From a virus: DNA of 64,000 nucleotides. Location: positions 27,135 through 91,134 of the IMG/VR virus record IMGVR_UViG_3300011189_000006. One strand, given 5' to 3'. Below, piece after piece: positions 60,251 to 64,000 of this stretch. Every line of letters starts with the position of its first letter. Position 1 is the stretch's first letter. Made by a program: the position numbers and the translations under genes. The notes under the pieces were generated by a model, which saw only the letters and a list, made by a program, of their open reading frames with translations, was not told where the DNA came from and did not search any database.

Positions 60251-60279
60251 ACATATCAATATATTTTTATATAATACAC

Positions 60280-60492
60280 ATGGAAATAATACATGAAATA
60301 ATACAGGAAAGTGTTAGTGGGGGGTTTTTTAAGTTCCTAGGATATTGGATAATGATAGTAGTTATACTTGGTATACCAGCAAATATAATTAAATATGCAA
60401 TTAATAGACCTCTTAGACACATGAATATAAGAAAATATGGATATCCACCAAGTCATTGTGATGCCGATGGAGATTTCCTAGAAAAAGAATAG
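60280..60492 (+). CDS. Small single-TM protein
   Basis: Hydrophobic segment; GYPP.HCDADGD. Confidence 0.65.
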   Translation: MEIIHEIIQESVSGGFFKFLGYWIMIVVILGIPANIIKYAINRPLRHMNIRKYGYPPSHCDADGDFLEKE

Positions 60493-60496
60493 AGAT

Positions 60497-61027
60497 ATGT
60501 GGGGCAAATTTATAAAATTTTTAACTGCTAGGAATGAAGAAAATAAAGTATCTGAAATAAAAACTACCGAACCAGTTGAAATAGAGAGGAATTGGGAATT
60601 ATTTGAAGATATAAAACCACCACATGAAGTAGTATTAGGTGCAGTATATGTAAAAAATTTAGGATGGGTAATGGACACATCATGGTGGTATGAAGATAAG
60701 AAGTGTTGGATAATCACAGGTGCAGTAGGATCATTACCTTCAAATTTATTATATACACATTGGAAAAGATTGCACTCTTCTGACTTATCTACGAAAGATT
60801 GGAAGGTATTTAATAGAAATAAACCACCAAATAGAACTGTACTGGCTACCTGTGATAGTTATGACTGTGGAATAGTCATTGACTCAGTTTTATGGAAAGA
60901 GAGTAATCAATGTTGGAGAGTTACTGGAACTGATAAAGATTTAAAAGGACATATGCCATATACACACTGGAGAGAATTACCAATTCATCCAAATAATATA
61001 ATAAATACCAAATATGAGAAAATATAA
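60497..61027 (+). CDS. Protein with two tandem DUF551-like domains
   Basis: W..F...KPP...VL...W.....CW..TG...YTHW occurs twice. Confidence 0.7.
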   Translation: MWGKFIKFLTARNEENKVSEIKTTEPVEIERNWELFEDIKPPHEVVLGAVYVKNLGWVMDTSWWYEDKKCWIITGAVGSLPSNLLYTHWKRLHSSDLSTKDWKVFNRNKPPNRTVLATCDSYDCGIVIDSVLWKESNQCWRVTGTDKDLKGHMPYTHWRELPIHPNNIINTKYEKI

Positions 61028-61705
61028 ACTAAATCCATTAGAACACGGTTTCGAATCGATAAAAAAATACCCAGAATTATCAATAAAATATCCAATTGAT
61101 AGTGATTCATACTTTGTCAAAGTTGTGTGTTATGATAATGCTAAGGAATTAACATACTGGTATATTATTCTTAACCAATCTACGTGGGATGATAGAATTT
61201 TCTTAAGTGAAGGTTCGTATGATTTCAATAGAGATCCAGATTATGAATCACAAAATAAAGATAGGATTGTATATGGTGGACTTGTATCCAATGATGACTT
61301 CTTTAAGAACCTACTTACCCATCTTATGGGAACAACAGTTACTGATAGCGTATATGAACTACACATTAGCTAAAGACTAATGTGTTTCGGGTTTCATAGA
61401 GTTTGCTTTATCACTAAAGTCTTATTTACTCTCCACCTTTGTAATGGCAAGTCCCTTACCATATATTTATTTAATTAGGACTAACACATCCAGTTAAGGT
61501 AGGCATCCATTAACATATATATTAATAAGTTTACCTTCCCTATTGGCATTTTAGATTTTATTTGTATATTTGCCTATGTCTAACATCACATCGACTGAAG
61601 ACCAATGTGCTTTACGACATAATTAATAAGGAAGGTATGAGCAGATATGATAGTAATATTGGGGAACAAATGAGATTTGAATTTAAAAAAGAATACAATG
61701 ACTGA
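61014..61705 (+). pseudogene. Hypothetical gene interrupted near its 3' end by the MITE (truncated product 61014..61373)
   Basis: Removing 61354-61625 restores ...TDSVYKEGMSRY...KKEYND* ending at TGA 61703-61705. Confidence 0.75.
61354..61625 (-). mobile_element. 272-bp non-autonomous IS200/IS605 derivative (left end, promoter region and omegaRNA/right end; no ORF)
   Basis: 61511-61622 is similar to 6143-6260. Right-end hairpin acacattag-ctaaaga-ctaatgtgt ends GTAGTTCAT. TTAT lies at the left junction. Confidence 0.85.
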
Positions 61706-61934
61706 CATGATTATTAGATATTTAAAAGATAAGAAATGGTTTAGAAAATTAATTGCTAAACATTTCTATACAAATGACCAAATTGAAGGATGTTTCTGGT
61801 ATGGATTCTGGTTATCAAAAGCACAAGATACCTCGGTTGAGAGATTGGATGATGATAGAATTACTTTAGAACTAAAGAAATATTTAAAAAGACTAGATAG
61901 TGTTAATAAGGATGAAGATATAGATTGGGACTAA
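61698..61934 (+). CDS. Hypothetical protein
   Basis: ATG 61698 overlaps the restored upstream stop. Confidence 0.65.
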   Translation: MTDMIIRYLKDKKWFRKLIAKHFYTNDQIEGCFWYGFWLSKAQDTSVERLDDDRITLELKKYLKRLDSVNKDEDIDWD

Positions 61935-61996
61935 TATTTGAAAATATACATGTAAACAGTTATGAATTATAATATATAAGTAAAAATAATAAAACA

Positions 61997-62227
61997 ATGG
62001 CAATAAAAACTAAATTTTCAGATTACATAAAAGAAGATGTAGCTGATAGAAAAGAATTAAGATCAGTAACTGTTAAATATAGTGGTGGTGCTGAGATAAC
62101 AACTAGCATGGCAAGCCATCTAACCGATAAAGAAATCGAAAAATATTTCGAAATTGGTAAAGAATTTAATGTAGGTAGTGTTGATGATGATATGCAAAAA
62201 GTAGTTGATGTTAAAATAAATAAATAG
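61997..62227 (+). CDS. Small protein with capsid-targeting-like N-terminus
   Basis: MAIKTKFSDYIKED; AATATATA upstream. Confidence 0.7.
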   Translation: MAIKTKFSDYIKEDVADRKELRSVTVKYSGGAEITTSMASHLTDKEIEKYFEIGKEFNVGSVDDDMQKVVDVKINK

Positions 62228-62457
62228 TATAATTATACCATTTATTATTAGTACATTTGTATAACAAATATTTAACCTTAAAATACAACTATGGATAATA
62301 GAATATTAATAAACATTTGTTCATTTATTCCTTTTTTTGGGATAATTATATCTCTGATGAGCAAAATAGATTTTGTATCAAAACCTATTTTCGCATTATA
62401 TCACCTAGTATCATGTTTGTTTATAACATATGTATACATACTACACATTCTTTCAAT

Positions 62458-63093
62458 ATGAAAAAGTTAGATAGATACGTTAAAGTGAAGGGACATTCTA
62501 ATTGGTTTTTAGTATACGAGCATGGTGGTAATAAATCACAAGACTTATCATCTATGCAAGAAAAGCTCCTAAGAAGCCAAGTTTGTTCTTTACACGATGA
62601 TGATATTAAGCAAGACCTCAGACATAGGCTTGTTATGTTGGCTACTCATACTTTAGATTACGATGATATAGCTGAAAGATTTGGTACTATATTAATACGC
62701 CCTAGTGGAACTTATACTTTATTGAGAGGTAGTGAGGTAGAAAAAGAAAAATATGATAATAGCTTCCCTATCGATAATTTTTCAGATATTGTAATATGCG
62801 AAAATGATGAGAAGGCAGAATATAAATGGGTTGAATATCTTAAGAAAAGGTTTCCGAATGAAGAGATAACAACAATTAATTATTTTGATTTAAGAAATTC
62901 CAAAGAAATAGAAAAATACTTTGAAGCTGCTAAATATATAACCTTCTCAACAACGTTCAGTAATTTAGAATGGTTTGAAAAAATGGTGAAATTATCCAAT
63001 GATAAGCATAAAATAATAGGTTACTGTCATGATGGAAGCAAGTGGTCTGATATACCAAATATTAATAATCTTGAAATAGTAAAAAGTTTATGA
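62458..63093 (+). CDS. Hypothetical protein
   Basis: ORF track; ATG 62458 (MKKLDRY) is the likely start. Confidence 0.65.
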   Translation: MKKLDRYVKVKGHSNWFLVYEHGGNKSQDLSSMQEKLLRSQVCSLHDDDIKQDLRHRLVMLATHTLDYDDIAERFGTILIRPSGTYTLLRGSEVEKEKYDNSFPIDNFSDIVICENDEKAEYKWVEYLKKRFPNEEITTINYFDLRNSKEIEKYFEAAKYITFSTTFSNLEWFEKMVKLSNDKHKIIGYCHDGSKWSDIPNINNLEIVKSL

Positions 63094-63151
63094 TTTAGTT
63101 TAATTATTTAGTGTATATTTGTACAATAGAAACAACTTAAATAACTATACT

Positions 63152-63667
63152 ATGACTGCTACAATATCAAAGGCTCAATTAAAAAAAGAAAAAGAAATCA
63201 ATACAAGGCTATACTCTTTAGTTTCTAGTACTATAGTAGATTTTAAAGATAGTTTTTTAGAGTCATTTGTAGATTTTAGAATAAAAGAAATAGAGAATAA
63301 TATCACAAGACTACAGGATAAGAAAATAAATTGGACTCCAACAAGGTATGAGACAACTATACCAGATTTTGATACTTATATATCTAGGATTGAGAAAAAG
63401 CTATCTAATAAAAATATTTTGGTATTAGAGTTTATAACAGAAGCGGATAAAAATTTCGAGTCTAAACTTAACTCATTAGTATCTAAACTAGTTGAGTATA
63501 AGTTCACAACACGATATTTAAGTGTTAAGAAAATATCAAATGCTGGTTCTGAGTTTTCGTTTCTAGTATCAAATCAAGAAATAGAGGTTGAAGCTCGTGT
63601 TATATTTGCGTGTGGAGATATAAATGTTCCTCACTATAGATTCATAACTACGAAAAGGAATCTATAA
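63152..63667 (+). CDS. Hypothetical protein
   Basis: ATG 63152 downstream of TATATTTG at 63114. Confidence 0.7.
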   Translation: MTATISKAQLKKEKEINTRLYSLVSSTIVDFKDSFLESFVDFRIKEIENNITRLQDKKINWTPTRYETTIPDFDTYISRIEKKLSNKNILVLEFITEADKNFESKLNSLVSKLVEYKFTTRYLSVKKISNAGSEFSFLVSNQEIEVEARVIFACGDINVPHYRFITTKRNL

Positions 63668-63723
63668 TAATATTTTTTATAATGGGAATAAAACAAAATA
63701 CATCTTTATATATTTTGTTTTAT

Positions 63724-64000
63724 ATCATTGAGCGTAAAACACACAAGTCTTTAGCTTGTGTGATGTAAGCGAATGAAAATATTTTAGCCTTGACTTAATA
63801 TATATTGTTTAATAGTATTTGGATTTGCTTCTCCAATGGAACAAACGAAATAACCATCTGGTCAAAATGTTTTTTTCAATCCAGAAATATGTGTACAGAT
63901 AATTTTTATGGACAGAACGCCATATATGATATATACTTTCTTGTTTTAACTTTCTAACAATTGATGTAATAGATAACCGAGGTATATATCTAATTAAGAA
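63724..64000. mobile_element. Left end of a third IS200/IS605 element (continues beyond the window)
   Basis: Hairpin cacacaag-tcttta-gcttgtgtg followed by atgtaagcg, similar to the other left ends; adjacent tnpA 3' end. Confidence 0.8.
63784..64000 (-). pseudogene. tnpA: IS200 Y1 transposase TnpA C-terminus, disrupted
   Basis: ...SITSIVRKLKQES...YFWIEK / TF*PDGYFVCSIGEANPNTIKQYILSQG*. There is one extra A in an A7 run and TGA where Trp is expected. Confidence 0.8.

Noticed and set aside
61458-61470. 12-nt match between the first element's guide (TAAATATATGGT) and the MITE interior
   Set aside because: The match is short and AT-rich, and the upstream bases are TAAA rather than the inferred TTAT TAM. 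It is probably chance.
61354-61625. IStron (self-splicing IS) rescuing the interrupted gene
   Set aside because: The element is antisense to the host gene and shows no group I core.
63861-63866. TGA read as Trp in tnpA (genetic code 4)
   Set aside because: There is an adjacent frameshift and TGA is used as a stop elsewhere (e.g. 2450, 22738), so pseudogenisation is the simpler explanation.
1-64000. CRISPR array, rRNA or canonical tRNA genes
   Set aside because: I saw no regularly spaced direct repeats, no rRNA-like sequence and no intact cloverleaf by eye. A tRNAscan/Infernal run would be needed to exclude them firmly.

Overview
This is an AT-rich segment of a large T4-related (jumbo-type) myophage genome that uses the standard genetic code. 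The host is most likely Bacteroidota, based on repeated TAnnTTTG promoters, no obvious Shine-Dalgarno sites and a flavobacterial-type GlyA. The left third carries replication genes (probable sliding clamp, fragmented family B DNA polymerase, primase, UvsW) and baseplate/tail genes. The remainder is accessory: three DNA methyltransferases, glyA, ClpP, an M50 protease, an RNA ligase, a NARP1-like NAD-rebuilding pair, an Sa_NUDIX-like protein, FKBP, GH108 lysozyme, ankyrin and many small ORFs. Three related IS200/IS605 elements are present: an intact tnpB copy, a 272-bp omegaRNA-only MITE and a tnpA pseudogene. The most notable observations are these. (1) The PolB gene starts in the fingers domain; its motif B is interrupted by a 42-nt GC-hairpin insert with two in-frame stops, flanked by matching Leu codons (candidate translational bypass), and its motif C is split by a cysteine-free, naturally split intein. 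(2) A ~1.2-kb essentially non-coding region at 31.0-32.2 kb holds about seven consecutive structured RNA-like elements, including a 6S-like rod and a degenerate tRNA inside a 12-bp clamp. (3) About 14 unrelated proteins share a T4 capsid-targeting-like N-terminal motif. (4) Many small proteins share an R-x-x-K-(I/L)-x-x-(I/L) motif, mostly at the C-terminus. All calls come from reading motifs by eye; no searches were run.
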